Assembly (NCBI GenBank): GCA_964016885.1
Contig: OZ024743.1
Coordinates: forward strand, 203,980,001 to 204,044,000
Length of the DNA stretch: 64,000 bases
Direction: 5' to 3'
From: Eledone cirrhosa
Lineage: Eukaryota
The notes under the pieces are model-generated. The model saw only the letters and a list, made by a program, of their open reading frames with translations, searched no databases and was not told the DNA's origin. The position numbers and the translations under genes are program-made. Shown in pieces: positions 21,141-34,329 of the stretch (position 1 is its first letter; every line of letters starts with the position of its first letter).

Positions 21141-21142
<2 letters not shown>
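20547..21142 (+). mobile_element. Bipartite non-autonomous RTE-derived element (5' UTR + 3' end)
   Basis: RTE-type 5'-UTR motif CTAGGAGAAGGAAAACTCTGA. 21003-21080 encodes a C-terminal C2H2 finger HKCSVCTRVFKSLAGLKSHTRSAHR*. Flanked by (TA)n. Confidence 0.65.
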
Positions 21143-21226
<84 letters not shown>

Positions 21227-21464
21227 GGGGAGAGCAGTCGTTGGAACATCAAAATGCTTTGTGGTATTTGTATGTAAAATTATATATATACATATACATA
21301 TTAAATATTTTGGTAGGAAGGGTAAAGGAAAGGAGAGTGTTCTACGTAACTTACAGAGTTATTTAGTTATGAAATAAACAAAATAAGACAACTACTCCAT
21401 CCACCAAACGTTTTACAAAGACAGACGAGCTTGAGACAGACGTCCGAAATCGCTCATCAGAATC

Positions 21465-22177
21465 TATTTCATGCTCAACTGTTTCGTGTGGGTGCTCTAT
21501 TCCCCAAATACACACATTGTGACGATTGACTGTGCCGCTCAAGTGAAAAGATGCTTCATCACTAAAAATTAAACGTGAAATGAAAGTTTCATCTACCATC
21601 ATCTCCAGCATCGATTCGCAAAATTCCATCCGCTTCCTGTGGTCATTGGTAAGTGCCTGAACGAGGCATAGTCTGTATGGTTTCAAATGTAGACGTCTTC
21701 TTAGCACACACCAGATAGTGGATTGAGGGATCGCAAGCTCACGGCTAGCTCGATTTGTGGGCTTCTGCGGGCTCCCCTCACACGCAACACGGATTCTCGC
21801 CACTTGTTCCTCCGAACCTCGTGGTCGTCCTGAACTTTTTCCTTTACACAGATACCTACCCTCTTGAAACTGTTGAAACCACCGTTGAATGTTCTTAGGA
21901 GAAGGTAGATTAATGTCGAATCGTTTTCGAAAAGAACGCTGCTCCATGACAACCGAAATTGTTTTCACGAACTCGAGAACGCAGAACGCATTTTGCTGAG
22001 GACTCGCCATTCTGAGGGTAAACAAAGAACTGAACGAGGAATGACGCGATTACAGCGCCCCTGTGGCAGCCATTCAAAAAACTCCTCTTTCAAATGGTCA
22101 CTGACTCATTCCATGACGATGCTTGAGAACTGAAGCAATGCGTCATGACATCGGTTCATTCTTTTTGAATAACCCTG
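21465..22177 (-). mobile_element. Tc1/mariner rosa (DD41D)-type transposon, 3'-truncated
   Basis: DUF4817-like N-terminus (QQNAFCVLEF..QRSFRKRF), SGRP, IFSDEASFHLSGTVNRHN..IWG. TIR TA|CAGGGTTATTCAAAAAG. Confidence 0.85.
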
Positions 22178-22230
22178 TATATATATATATATACACATAT
22201 ATGTACATACATATATATATACATATATAT

Positions 22231-22576
22231 GGAGGCACATGGCTTAGTGGTTAGCGCATTGGCCTTGCAATCGAAGGGTTGTGAGTTCAATTCTCAGACC
22301 GGGTGATGTGTTGTTTCCTTCAGCAAGACTCTTTATTTCACATTGCTCCAGTTTACTCAGCTGTAGAAATGAGATGATAGGGACTGGGGTCCATATCATT
22401 CCATTGCAAAGTGGTCGTGGAGGTGCCACGGCAAAAAGGCACCCAGCACTCACTGTAAATGAGGTTGGTGTTAGAAAGGGCATCCAGCTGTAGAAACCAA
22501 GCCAAAATCAGTTCTCGTCCCACCCTTGCAAGCAGGGAAAAAGCGGACGTAAAATGAAATGATGAATGATGATGAT
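22231..22576 (+). mobile_element. tRNA-CORE SINE with RTE-derived 3' tail
   Basis: A/B boxes and CORE-like domain. The tail GTTGGTGTTAGAAAGGGCATCCAGCTGTAGAAACC...GGACGTAAAATGA(TGA)n matches the RTE 3' UTR. Confidence 0.88.
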
Positions 22577-22587
22577 ATATATATACA

Positions 22588-22811
22588 TATTAATAAAAGG
22601 AATTCCAACTTTGTCTGATTTACTCGTTTTATTTACAATCCTTTAAAATGTATAATGGTATTAAATGTTAAGTGTTAATTGAAGTACTTGTTCAATTAAC
22701 ACTTAACATTTAATATTCTACCATACTATTTCATTCTAAAACCATTATACATTTTAAAGGATTGTAAATAAACGAGTAAATCAGACAAAGTTTAAATTCC
22801 TTTAATTAATA
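22588..22811. repeat. Fold-back of family E pLTR tail, centred at the HHR stem III/cleavage site
   Basis: Same sequence family as 44054-44448. Centre AATTGAA-GTACTTG-TTCAATT. Confidence 0.8.
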
Positions 22812-22845
22812 TAATCTTCTATACACAATCATACACACCCGTGTA

Positions 22846-22889
<44 letters not shown>

Positions 22890-23099
22890 TATATACATAT
22901 ATACATATATATATATATACATATATATATACATATACATATATACATATATATATATACATATATATACATATATATATATACATATATATATGTATAT
23001 ATATGTATGTATATATATGTGTATATGTATATATATATGTATATATATATACATATATATATATACATTTATATACATATATATATACATATATATATA

Positions 23100-23100
23100 T

Positions 23101-23131
<31 letters not shown>

Positions 23132-26100
23132 ACGTTTAACGTCCGTGTTCCACGCTTGCATGGGTTTGGACGGGGGTAGTCCCACTTGAGGCAAGAGTGA
23201 TTGTCTTGCTCGCATAGGACTGTCTGGTTGGTTTTCTACAGTTGGATGCCCTTCCTAACACCAACCACATTTACAGTGTGGGTCTGGGAGGTTTTTACCG
23301 TGTTGCCTACACGGCCACATTATAGCGTGGACTGTGTGTTTTTTTGTCGTGACACCTACACGATCTCATTTGTTTCGGCCTGGATGGCGCGGCACCAACA
23401 TAACTTTACATAGAATGGGGTGGTGTGGATGGGGTGGGGGTGGTGGGACGGGGTGTATTTTGTTAGAGATGCCTACTGGCTGGAGTAGGTTTTACTATAT
23501 ATTTAGGTAAGGCGGGTCTTCTCTGTTACTGAGTACCGCCAAAGGTCTCGGTCCAGTGACATTGTCTTGGAGAGGTGTAAGTGTGTGATGTCGGAGTTTA
23601 TCAGCTCGTCCCAGGTTTTTCTAGGTCTGCCTATTCCGTGACTACCGTCTATCTTTATTGCCCTGCACTTTGTTATACAGCTATCGACTTTCATGCGCAT
23701 CACGTGTCCATACCAACGTAGCCTTCTCTCGAGTAAACAACATCTGATCGCTCTTATCTCTAATTTTTTCCTTAGTTCGTTTATGCTTTGCCGTTCACGT
23801 ATATTACTGTTACACATCCAGCGGAGCATGCAAGCTTCGTTCCTCTCTAGTCTGCGTATATCCTCTGCACACAATGCCCAGGTCTCACTGCCATGCAACA
23901 TTGCTGTTCGTATACAGGCATCGTACAACCTGCCTTTCATTTTTAGGGAGAACCCTTTAGCAGCTAATAGTGGTATAAGCTCTCTGAACTTTTTCCAACC
24001 AGTTCTGACTCTAGCTACAGTACTTTCAGAGCACCCTCCCCCACTGCTGATTTTATCGCCCAGGTAACGGAAGCTGTCTACTATTTCTATAGAACCCTCT
24101 GCGCAATTGAAAGAGCTAGTATTTTGTGGGCACTTGCTGCTACTTATTGCACCAGAACACCGGCCACATGTAAAATCTATGTTCTTAGTTAGCTTACCTG
24201 TGATCCCACTACATATTTTATGCACCCATACTTTGCATTTAGGACATAAAATGGAGTTTCTACCTACGCCTTTCCTACACACCGAGCACGACCATTTCCC
24301 AGAAGGGACCGCCGCCTTGTTTTCTTTCCTACAAACTAGAACTTTGGTCTTAGCCAGGTTAATTTTAAGTCCTTTTGACTCTAGGCCGTGCTTCCATGTT
24401 TGGAATTTCTTCTCTAGCTCGGCCATTGATTCCGCTATGAGTGTCAGGTCGTCTGCGTATAGGAGTTCCCATGGGCAGCCTGTCTTGAACTCCTCTGTTA
24501 TAGCCTGAAGGGCAATAATAAATAGTAGGGGACTGAGAACAGAGCCCTGATGGACGCCAACTTTTACGCTAAACTCTTCACTATATTCGTTGTTAATTCT
24601 AACCTTGCTGACTGTTTCTTTATACATGGCTTGTATAGCCCTCACAAGCCATTCGTCAACGCCTAGTTTTCTAAGAGCCCACCAGATAATGGAGCGGGGG
24701 ACTCTGTCGAAGGCTTTCTCCAAGTCGACAAAAGCTAAGTAGAGGGGTTTACCTTTAGCTAGGAACTTCTCCTGTAGTTGTCGTACTATGAAAAGAGCGT
24801 CTGTGGTACTTTTGCCTGACACAAACCCGAACTGCATTTCATCTAGGTCAATTCTCTCTCTGATTAGTTGCGCTATTACTTTTTCCGTGACCTTCATGAC
24901 CTGGTCGATTAATTTAATGCCTCTATAGTTACTCCTATCTAGGGCGTCTCCTTTACCCTTATAACAGTTAACGATGATGCTGCTATGCCAGTCCTTCGGA
25001 ACAACCCCATTCTGTACGACTTGGTTAACTATGCGAGTGACCATGGCGTGTCCCACCGTGCCAGATGCCTTCAGCATCTCAGCAACTATTTCCGAAGGCC
25101 CAGCCGCCTTACCCGTCTTCATATCCTTGATTGCCTTACTTATTATACTCCCCTCGACTAACACTGCTGGTCCCTCTATTGGGTCGATATGGGGGAGACT
25201 GTCTTTCTCCCATTTATTCTCCTCATTTAGTAGCCTTTCATAGTGACACTTCCAAGCTACCTTCTTATCAGTGTCGGTGATGGCAAATATGCCATCATCG
25301 TTAAGTACACACTTCTCCCCGACAATATCACGGTTTTCCTTGACGCATTGCCTAGCAATCCTGAATACCTCACGTTTTTGGTCATCGCGTTGTAGAACAT
25401 GCTTGAAATTTCTTTCCTCAGCTTCCCTTCTTGCTAAGTACACTTCTCTCCTAGCTTCCCTCCTGGCCACTTGATAGTCTACTCTACTTCCCCCATCCCG
25501 CCATACTTTCCAAGCCTGCTTTTTGGCCTTAATTGACCCCTCCACCTTACTGTTCCACCACCATGTTACTCTCCTCCTGCCTACAGGCCTGCTCCAGCCA
25601 CAGACTTCGTCTGTCGCCAACAGCAGGTTTGCTTTCAGAAATTCCCACTGTCCCTCTATATTGTCCGACTCTAAATGTTCTTCCTTACTGTCGAAAGCAT
25701 CAAGTAATATGTTTTGAAATTTATTTTTGGCTGTGGGGTCCTTTAGCTTCCATATTTTTCTCCTGAGGATAGTCCTCTTCTGCTGTCGAGTACGTCTCGT
25801 CCTGACTATGAGGTCGCTAATTATCAGTCTATGTTGGGAGGTGCATTCTTCATAGGGGAGGGATTTAGTGTTTACAACAGACACTCTGTCACGTCTTCTG
25901 GTAAGGATATAATCTACCTGGCTTGTGTGTTCCCCGGATCTATAGGTGATCAGGTGATTGTCACGTTTTTTGAAGTTAGTGTTACAGATAGTTAGGTTAT
26001 TTGCATCACAGAATTCCAGGATTCTGGAGCCTTCCTCATTTCTAGTACCAAACCCATAGCCTCCATGGATTTCGTCGTAGCCGTCACAATGTTGTCCAAC

Positions 26101-26950
26101 GTGACCATTTAGGTCGCCTGCAATAATTATATAGTCACTGTCAGATATTTGGGAGGTAGTTAGCAACAGTGTCTCATAGAATCTGTCTTTTATAGTGCCG
26201 GGCAGTCCGGATTGGGGTGCGTACGCAGATATTACTGTCACCGTAGTTCTATTGAGGACAAGTCGTATTTTAATTATTCTGTCGTTCACTCTATTTACGT
26301 CTATTATCTTATCTGCCCACTTTTCTGCTACCATGATTCCTACTCCACCCAGCCCATCGTCGTTTCCCACCCAGAAAAGCTTATAACATCGTTTTTTACC
26401 CTCAATGAATCTAGCAGACCCACCCCTCCACCTGGTCTCTTGAATACAACAAACATCGACCTCCTTACGTTCAAGCATTTCTACAACCTCGTTAGCGCGA
26501 CCCTTTAGGGTGCCTACATTTATGGTACCAACTCTGAAGTTTTAGATTGCGTTTGGAGGGTGGGGGTGGTGGGGGCGGGGGGAGATGGGGTTATGTTAGC
26601 CATCCGCGGGCGAAACAAAGAGGAGTGCTCGCATTCTCGTCCACGAGGTGAATTTGACTTTAACTTTGGCATTTTCGCTCTGAGCGTCCAGATTTTTCTC
26701 TCCCTTCCACTCTCCAGGATTCCGCAGTCCGTCCATCCATCCATCCATCCATCATATATCGAAGGCAACCGTGCAAGCGATAGTATAGACCTCTGCCTTA
26801 TGATTGGTCCGCGTAATAATAATAATGGTGATGCGTGTGGGGGGGGGGGGGGGTCTCTGGCTTATAATAATAATAATGGTGATGCGTGTGGGGGGGGGTC
26901 TCTGGCTTATGATTGGTCCACGTATTAAGAATGGTGGTGTGTGTGTGGGG
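23100..26950 (-). mobile_element. Full-length RTE-clade LINE
   Basis: Intact ORF, GC-rich 5' UTR (5' boundary approximate), 3' UTR ending in (GAT)n next to (TA)n. Confidence 0.9.
23503..26478 (-). CDS. RTE ORF: APE endonuclease + reverse transcriptase with embedded PHD-type finger (991 aa; frame open to 26541)
   Basis: CIQETRW, AYAPQ, GDLNGHVG, SQVDY, SQHR; DLEKAFD, GVHQGSVLSP, LYADD, FRYLG. C4HC3 finger at 24157-24288. Confidence 0.95.
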   Translation of the reverse strand: MLERKEVDVCCIQETRWRGGSARFIEGKKRCYKLFWVGNDDGLGGVGIMVAEKWADKIIDVNRVNDRIIKIRLVLNRTTVTVISAYAPQSGLPGTIKDRFYETLLLTTSQISDSDYIIIAGDLNGHVGQHCDGYDEIHGGYGFGTRNEEGSRILEFCDANNLTICNTNFKKRDNHLITYRSGEHTSQVDYILTRRRDRVSVVNTKSLPYEECTSQHRLIISDLIVRTRRTRQQKRTILRRKIWKLKDPTAKNKFQNILLDAFDSKEEHLESDNIEGQWEFLKANLLLATDEVCGWSRPVGRRRVTWWWNSKVEGSIKAKKQAWKVWRDGGSRVDYQVARREARREVYLARREAEERNFKHVLQRDDQKREVFRIARQCVKENRDIVGEKCVLNDDGIFAITDTDKKVAWKCHYERLLNEENKWEKDSLPHIDPIEGPAVLVEGSIISKAIKDMKTGKAAGPSEIVAEMLKASGTVGHAMVTRIVNQVVQNGVVPKDWHSSIIVNCYKGKGDALDRSNYRGIKLIDQVMKVTEKVIAQLIRERIDLDEMQFGFVSGKSTTDALFIVRQLQEKFLAKGKPLYLAFVDLEKAFDRVPRSIIWWALRKLGVDEWLVRAIQAMYKETVSKVRINNEYSEEFSVKVGVHQGSVLSPLLFIIALQAITEEFKTGCPWELLYADDLTLIAESMAELEKKFQTWKHGLESKGLKINLAKTKVLVCRKENKAAVPSGKWSCSVCRKGVGRNSILCPKCKVWVHKICSGITGKLTKNIDFTCGRCSGAISSSKCPQNTSSFNCAEGSIEIVDSFRYLGDKISSGGGCSESTVARVRTGWKKFRELIPLLAAKGFSLKMKGRLYDACIRTAMLHGSETWALCAEDIRRLERNEACMLRWMCNSNIRERQSINELRKKLEIRAIRCCLLERRLRWYGHVMRMKVDSCITKCRAIKIDGSHGIGRPRKTWDELINSDITHLHLSKTMSLDRDLWRYSVTEKTRLT

Positions 26951-27567
26951 GCGGGTGGGAAGGGTGTGGGGTAGCTAGCTGGAAGGTTATGAATGTTTAA
27001 CAAGCGATTAACAAAAAGCAAAACTGCAAGATTTGTTCTGTTCAATACGACAAAAACACCGTATTTAAACCTTAATAAATAACAAAAAATACAGATTTCG
27101 GATTTTGCGAGATTGGATATATATATATGTATACATATACACATATATATAGATATATATTCCTTAATGGTTCAAGTTATCCCTGGAAAGTCAGAAACTT
27201 GAACAATTAAGGTATATTATCCTTGGTTATGTCAAATATTTGTAAAACATTTTGTATTTTATCTGATAAAAGCGTACCAAAATATATATAATAGAATAAA
27301 TATGGTTTTATAAATATAGTTTCCATTTATTTAATATCAATGTATATTATACTCCATAAAATTCTATTGAGTGCTCTAAATCAGTTATAAACATTTATAT
27401 TTGTTGAATTACCAACAAATTGAATATCCCTTCTGCTTATATTTATATATATATATATTTATATATATATATTTATATAAGAGTACAGAATTAGCCGTCG
27501 AAACGGCTTGAGGTCAGCCGTCGGGGTCTTACTTACTCCTATTTATATATATATATATTTATATATA

Positions 27568-27870
<303 letters not shown>

Positions 27871-28302
27871 TTATATATATATATTTATATATATATATTT
27901 ATATATTTATATATATATTGTTTTGTTATACTTGGGGAGGGTCATATTTGTGTAATAATATTGCCAGAATTAATAACAGAACACACTCACTGTTTGGTTG
28001 GTTTTCGCTTCTGTGTCTTTTTTATCGGTTAATTTTTATTTATTCGGTCCTCAATGTTACCATATATATATTTATATATTTATATATATATATTTATAAA
28101 TTAGAATTGGTGCTCTGTCAGCTTTATCTCCCCTGTTTGCTGAAAATTAATGTAAGTGAGAATGTCACTACTCTAAAACAATAGCGTAAGGTCTTCGAAA
28201 TGATTTTAATTAAGCATAGAGTGTATTGCAAAATACACTATGTATAGATTCATATATATTTATGCATATATATATTTATATATATATATATATTTATATA
28301 TT

Positions 28303-28336
<34 letters not shown>

Positions 28337-28340
28337 TTTG

Positions 28341-28423
<83 letters not shown>

Positions 28424-28479
28424 GAAAAGAGTCAGGCCCCCAACGGCTGAGCTTCGGACATTTCAACAGCTTGATGCAT

Positions 28480-29020
28480 ATCACCATCACCATCATCATC
28501 ATGGGTTTGACAAGTAATCCTGTTGTGAGCAATGCTCGATCAGGTGACCATGTCTTGTTCATACAGAACCCGTTTTTGTCTGGTTTCTACAGCTGGATGC
28601 CCTTCCTCGTGCCAATCTCATTTACAGTGACTACTGGGTGCTTTTAGTCATGACACCTACACAACTACTTTACAATTTAGGCTGGGCACTTTTTGTCATG
28701 TTGCCATCATGACCACTTTACAGTGTGGGCTGGAGGTTTCACTGGATGTATAGATGGGAGCGTGTGAGGTGGAGTTGTGCATGCTATTTATATGCTTCAG
28801 TCTCGCCCTGTGCATGTGGGAAGTCGGGTCTTCTGTATTATTTTGTAACGCCAGAGACTCGGTCCTGTGTCATCACCTTTGAGAGGTGCAATTGTGCATG
28901 GTCTCGCCACTCCACAGCTTCCATTGATTTTGAGCGCTCTGCACCATTTTATACAGCTGCTATCATTCATAAACATCACATGCACATCTCTTCTGCACAC
29001 TGCATCTGATTCCTCTTTTT
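28480..29020 (-). mobile_element. Diverged RTE 3' fragment
   Basis: DSSCIKWCRALKINGSCGVARP...KTRL and a GGCATCCAGCTGTAGAAACC tail. Confidence 0.75.
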
Positions 29021-29027
29021 CCTAGTT

Positions 29028-29092
<65 letters not shown>

Positions 29093-29270
29093 AGGTTCAT
29101 TGATTAATCAATGAATATAGTTTTACAATAGATTAGAAGCACTCAACAGCCAGTTTTCTGGAGTTATTAATATTAATTCAAAATATTAATAATATTGACT
29201 GCCAAGACTGGAATTGAACCATCAGGACAATTGAGGTATGTCATACATCAATTTATATATATTTTATATA

Positions 29271-29332
29271 TTTTATCTGATGAGGACGTACTGAAAAAAC
29301 AGCACAGTACCTCAGAAATATATATAATAAAA
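29271..29332 (+). ncRNA. Type I hammerhead (family D copy, stem II closing pair mutated)
   Basis: UUUUAU-CUGAUGA-GGACGUACUG...CAGUACCUCA-GAAA-UAUAUA-UA-AUAAAA. Confidence 0.7.
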
Positions 29333-29684
29333 TATATTTTGATTACGTTGAATGTCTATATTTATTAATATTTTGAATTAATATATATATATATATATGT
29401 GTGTATATATATATTTTTATATATATATGAGAGAGAAACTAGGAATAAGAGGAATCAGATGCATATATATATGTGTGTATATATATATATGTATATGTAT
29501 ATACAATGATATTAAATAAATGGAAACTGTATTTATAAAACCATATTTATATAATTTCCATTTATTTAATATCATTGAATATTTATTCCAGTAAACTGTT
29601 GAGTGCTCTAAATTAGTTATAAACATTTATATTTGTCGGACTTCCAACAAATTAAATACCCTTCTACTTATATATGTATATATA

Positions 29685-29839
<155 letters not shown>

Positions 29840-30049
29840 GTATATATATATGTATATGTATGTATATATATATATATATATGTATGTATATATATGTATA
29901 TGTATATATATATGTGTATATATATATATATAATGTATATATATATATATATGTGTGTGTGTATATATATATATATGTGTGTATATATATATATGTGTGT
30001 GTGTATATATATATATATATGTGTGTATATATATATATATATGTGTGTG

Positions 30050-30080
<31 letters not shown>

Positions 30081-30107
30081 GTATATATATATATGTGTGT
30101 ATATATA

Positions 30108-30142
<35 letters not shown>

Positions 30143-30179
30143 GATAAAGAACACAAGAGCGTCTACGACATCAAAAGAT

Positions 30180-30239
30180 TTTTATTGGCTTACAATGTTT
30201 CTTCCTTACCTAACCGTAGGATTCGTCAGAGCTATAAAA
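30180..30239 (-). ncRNA. Type I hammerhead ribozyme
   Basis: Minus: UUUUAUaGCU-CUGACGA-aUCCUAC...GUaAGGAa-GAAA-CAUUG-UA-AGCcaAUAAAA, ~40 nt before (TA)n. Confidence 0.65.
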
Positions 30240-32450
30240 GGGCTTTGATTGGTGTTATGGACTCTACCAACCAAACATTCAAGAACAAAGAGTAAAGAGA
30301 GTAAAGAGCAAAAGTAGTGACGATAAGTCTAATTTTGCTGCAGGAGGGTGGGGTGTGGGTCCTTGTTTACTAGCTGCGGTCATATTCATTCCCGGGAGTC
30401 GAGTGGTTAGCTGAACCATAGATGGGGTGGCGTCGATAGTAGGGTGCAGAGGGTGTGCAGAGGCTACACAAACACAAAGGGCGTACAATATATATATATA
30501 TATAACGGAGGAGAAAGTACATGAGGTAATTAGAAATGGAAAAAGAGTAATAATAATAATCTATAATCAATTGTTTCTACTTTAGGCACAAGGCCAGCAA
30601 TTACCCAGTGCATTACTGGTACTTTATTTTATCGACCCCGTAAGGATGAAAGGCGAAGTAAGGCATGGGGAAGATTACACTATAATAAGGTATAAAAGTA
30701 AGAATAAGGTGAAATATAAAGGAGGATAAAAGTGAAAATAAGAATAAAGATAAAAAATATATATATAAAAAAAATGTATAGAGAATATATAAAGAAATAT
30801 AAGCAAGTATTTGAAGGGGAAAACACAATGTAAAACCGATTTTTTCAAATAAAAATATTATAATTATGGGGGGAGAAAACGGGATAGAGAAATATGATCA
30901 AATGTGATTAGTTGAGAGAATATAAGATGATAATAGTTATGTCAAGTTTATACATCTTAATAATAAATAATCTGTATATCAGAGTTACAGAACCTTCAAT
31001 TCACTTACAGGTTCAAGCCACGTGGCATAGACCATTGTTTATCTGTGCGGTCATGTGCGTTTGTTTTTGACACCACAGCAGATGCACAAGTTCATAAATT
31101 CCAATGCAGATAGAAATCTATTTTTGCTCACCCAGACATTGACGGAGGATCCAATATTCCTACTTCAATATGTGTGTGGTGTTATTTTGGTCGCACAAAT
31201 CAATCACTTGGTTCAATATTATGGAGTATGGTTTTCTGGTCTTCGTAACAGTGTCAGTGGTTGTATATCTCGAAATCACAAGGATCACAGTACTCCGGTT
31301 TGGTGTGATTATCGGTCATCCAACTATGGTGTCGGTGGTTGGATTCAATTCTATTGCCCCAAACGTAGAACTTTGGTGTCGATAGAACATTAACGAGGCA
31401 GAGTGAGATCGCATCTGTGGTACAAAACGGTACGCAAGGAAATTCTTCGTCTTCGTTTCATCCGGGTCCAGCAGTCACGTGCAAGAACCGCTACGTAGTA
31501 ATTGTGGGGTTAATCGGTCAAGATAGTAACTGACCGAAAATTCTCTTAGGAATTCAGACAGGCATGACAGGTACATTTAGGTCAGCAGTTTCTTTATGTG
31601 TACGTGTGTCCGATACACACAGACACATATTTATATGTATTTCAACTCAAAAAATTCAATTGATTCGCCTATTGATATTATATCTGTGTTGCTCCGATGT
31701 GCATGTTGTGGTGTTCTGGTCGTGTATAGCATTCACTGTGTTTTTCCATTACCTTGGAATGTGATGTTATGGTCATCAATAGTCCGGCAAGCGCATTCCT
31801 CTCTTATATTGCGGAGAATGGTGTTCTGGTCCTCAGTAAACATTTGGGTCAGCAGGAGGGGTGGTGGTTCTCAGTTTCAACTTCGACAATACATATGTGT
31901 TACTCTACATATCGTGCTCCTCTCAAAGAAGAGTATTATAGGAAGAATTCATGCCAAACCCCACATATTGAGAAAATTTCTACAGAAAAAATATACATAC
32001 ATATACACATATATACACACATCATACACACACACATACACATACACACACATACGCATACATACATATATACACATACATATCACATATACACATACAC
32101 ACAATATAATACACATGCATACAATATACATATATATATATATATATACAATATACATGTATACAATGCACGCACACATGCATGCATGCATGCATGCACA
32201 CACGTACGCACACACATATACATATGTCTGTGTGTGTGTGTGTGAGAAAGAAAAGGAGAATACACACACACACACGCACACATACACACATATACACACA
32301 CAAGCAAAAACACCAACCTTGTAGGGGACTGTTCCACCCTTAGGGTACCTATCTATCTGGGTTACGGTTGGGGAGGGAGCTATAGTCTAGGTGGGGGTTG
32401 CGTGATATATGTTACGTCTATGTGCTAAGTTTGAAATATATATGTGTATA

Positions 32451-32547
<97 letters not shown>

Positions 32548-32680
32548 ATATATATATATGTGTATATATATATATATATGTATATATATAGGTATATATA
32601 TGTGTATATATATATATATATGTATATATATAGGTATATATATGTGTATATATATATATATAAATATATATATGTGTATA

Positions 32681-32744
<64 letters not shown>

Positions 32745-32810
32745 ATAAGAAGATCCTGTTAAGGGTGATAGCAGCGATTCTTTCCTTAAACTTTAATCTG
32801 CTATTTTAAT

Positions 32811-33207
32811 AAATATCTATATCTATCTATCTCAGGCGGGTAAAATTCCCGAGATCCATGGACGAGTTCTCTCCAGCGGTCTCTGTGCCTCATTATCGCT
32901 GCCATGTCCTGCGTCTCCAACAGACCAGTGTCTGTCCTTAGGGCATCAACATACGTTAACCTTGGTCTTCCTCTTCTAGTGTGTCCATGTAGGGTCTCCC
33001 ACAGGAGCACCGAGTGCAATGTCAACTCTGGATGTCGGTGTGGAAGTCGAACCTTCGTGAAGACCTGAAAATCCGCCTTTTCGTTGCTGTAGTGGAGTCT
33101 GTGCTGCTGTACGGGTCTGAGACTTGGACACTGACCAAGAAACTCACTCAGATGGTGGATGGGTGCTACACGAGAATGCTGAGGATGGCTCTGAACATTA
33201 ATCAGTA
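32811..33207 (-). mobile_element. 3' fragment of a second RTE-like LINE with an inverted 5' piece
   Basis: Minus: [31 protein letters not shown] plus a (GATA) tail. Plus ~33040-33207: [30 protein letters not shown]. Other fragments at 39448-39765 (+) and 42605-42870 (-). Confidence 0.85.
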
Positions 33208-33232
33208 AATATATATATATATGTATATATGT

Positions 33233-33315
<83 letters not shown>

Positions 33316-33325
33316 TATATATATG

Positions 33326-33358
<33 letters not shown>

Positions 33359-33360
33359 GT

Positions 33361-33682
33361 ATTTCATTTCTCACTCTTAGTACAGCACTTACTTAAATGT
33401 AAGTATGTATGTATACGTACATACATATATGTATACAGACGTAGAGTAGCATGTATATATATACATACAGGCACACATATATATATGCACGTATCAGTTT
33501 ACCGAACATTTATTATAATGCTGGGTTTGTTGTTTACAAACGAACAAACCGAGCATTATAATAAATGTTCGGTAAACTGATACGTGCATATATATATGTG
33601 TGCCTGTATGTATATATATACATGCTACTGTACGTCTGTATACATATATGTATGTACGTATACATACATACTTACATTTATT

Positions 33683-33690
<8 letters not shown>
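33361..33690. repeat. Fold-back of the 3' part of retrozyme candidate B
   Basis: Long inverted arms centred near 33536. Homologous to 38825-39020, 43340-43710 and 3070-3195. Confidence 0.8.
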
Positions 33691-33713
<23 letters not shown>

Positions 33714-33722
33714 GTATATATC

Positions 33723-34025
33723 TGTCCTTGAGCAAGACACTTTATTTCACGTTGTTCCTTCTACCTGGAGTTCCGACCGATAGATAGTATTAGCAATTGG
33801 AAAGACCAACGGAAACATTGTTCCCTCGGTCCGATTTGACGAAAGTCGATCGTTCCTTTATATATATATATGTATATAATACTATCTATCGGTCGCAACT
33901 CCAGGTAGAAGGAACAACGTGAAATAAAGTGTCTTGCTCAAGGACATAACGCATCACCTGGTCCAGGAATTGAACTCACAACCTTACGATTCCAAAACTC
34001 TAACCACTCAGCCACACGCCTTCAC

Positions 34026-34088
<63 letters not shown>

Positions 34089-34312
34089 TTTTGGATCGAT
34101 CGACTTTCGTCAAATCGGACCTAGGAAACAATGTTTCCGTTGGTCTTTCCAATTGCTATTACTATCTATCGGTCGCAATTCCAGGTAGATGGAGCAACGT
34201 GAAATAAAGTGTCTTGCTCAAGGACATAACGCATCGCCCGATCCAGGAATCGAACCCACAACCTCAAGATTGTGAATCCAATTCTCTAACCACTCAGACA
34301 CACGCCTTCACT
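33723..34312. mobile_element. Cluster of three CORE-SINE copies (33723-33858 +, 33878-34025 -, 34094-34312 -)
   Basis: Same family as 1127-1344, separated by (TA)n. Confidence 0.85.
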
Positions 34313-34329
34313 ATACATATATATATATA

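Noticed and set aside
26590-26700. HDV-like ribozyme in the RTE 5' UTR (ACCUCGU loop, GCUAA)
   Set aside because: Could not form P1, P1.1 or P2 pairings by hand.
27257-27296. Hammerhead (TTTTATCTGATAA...AAAATATATATAATAGAA)
   Set aside because: Core and stem II are degenerate; counted only as a relic.
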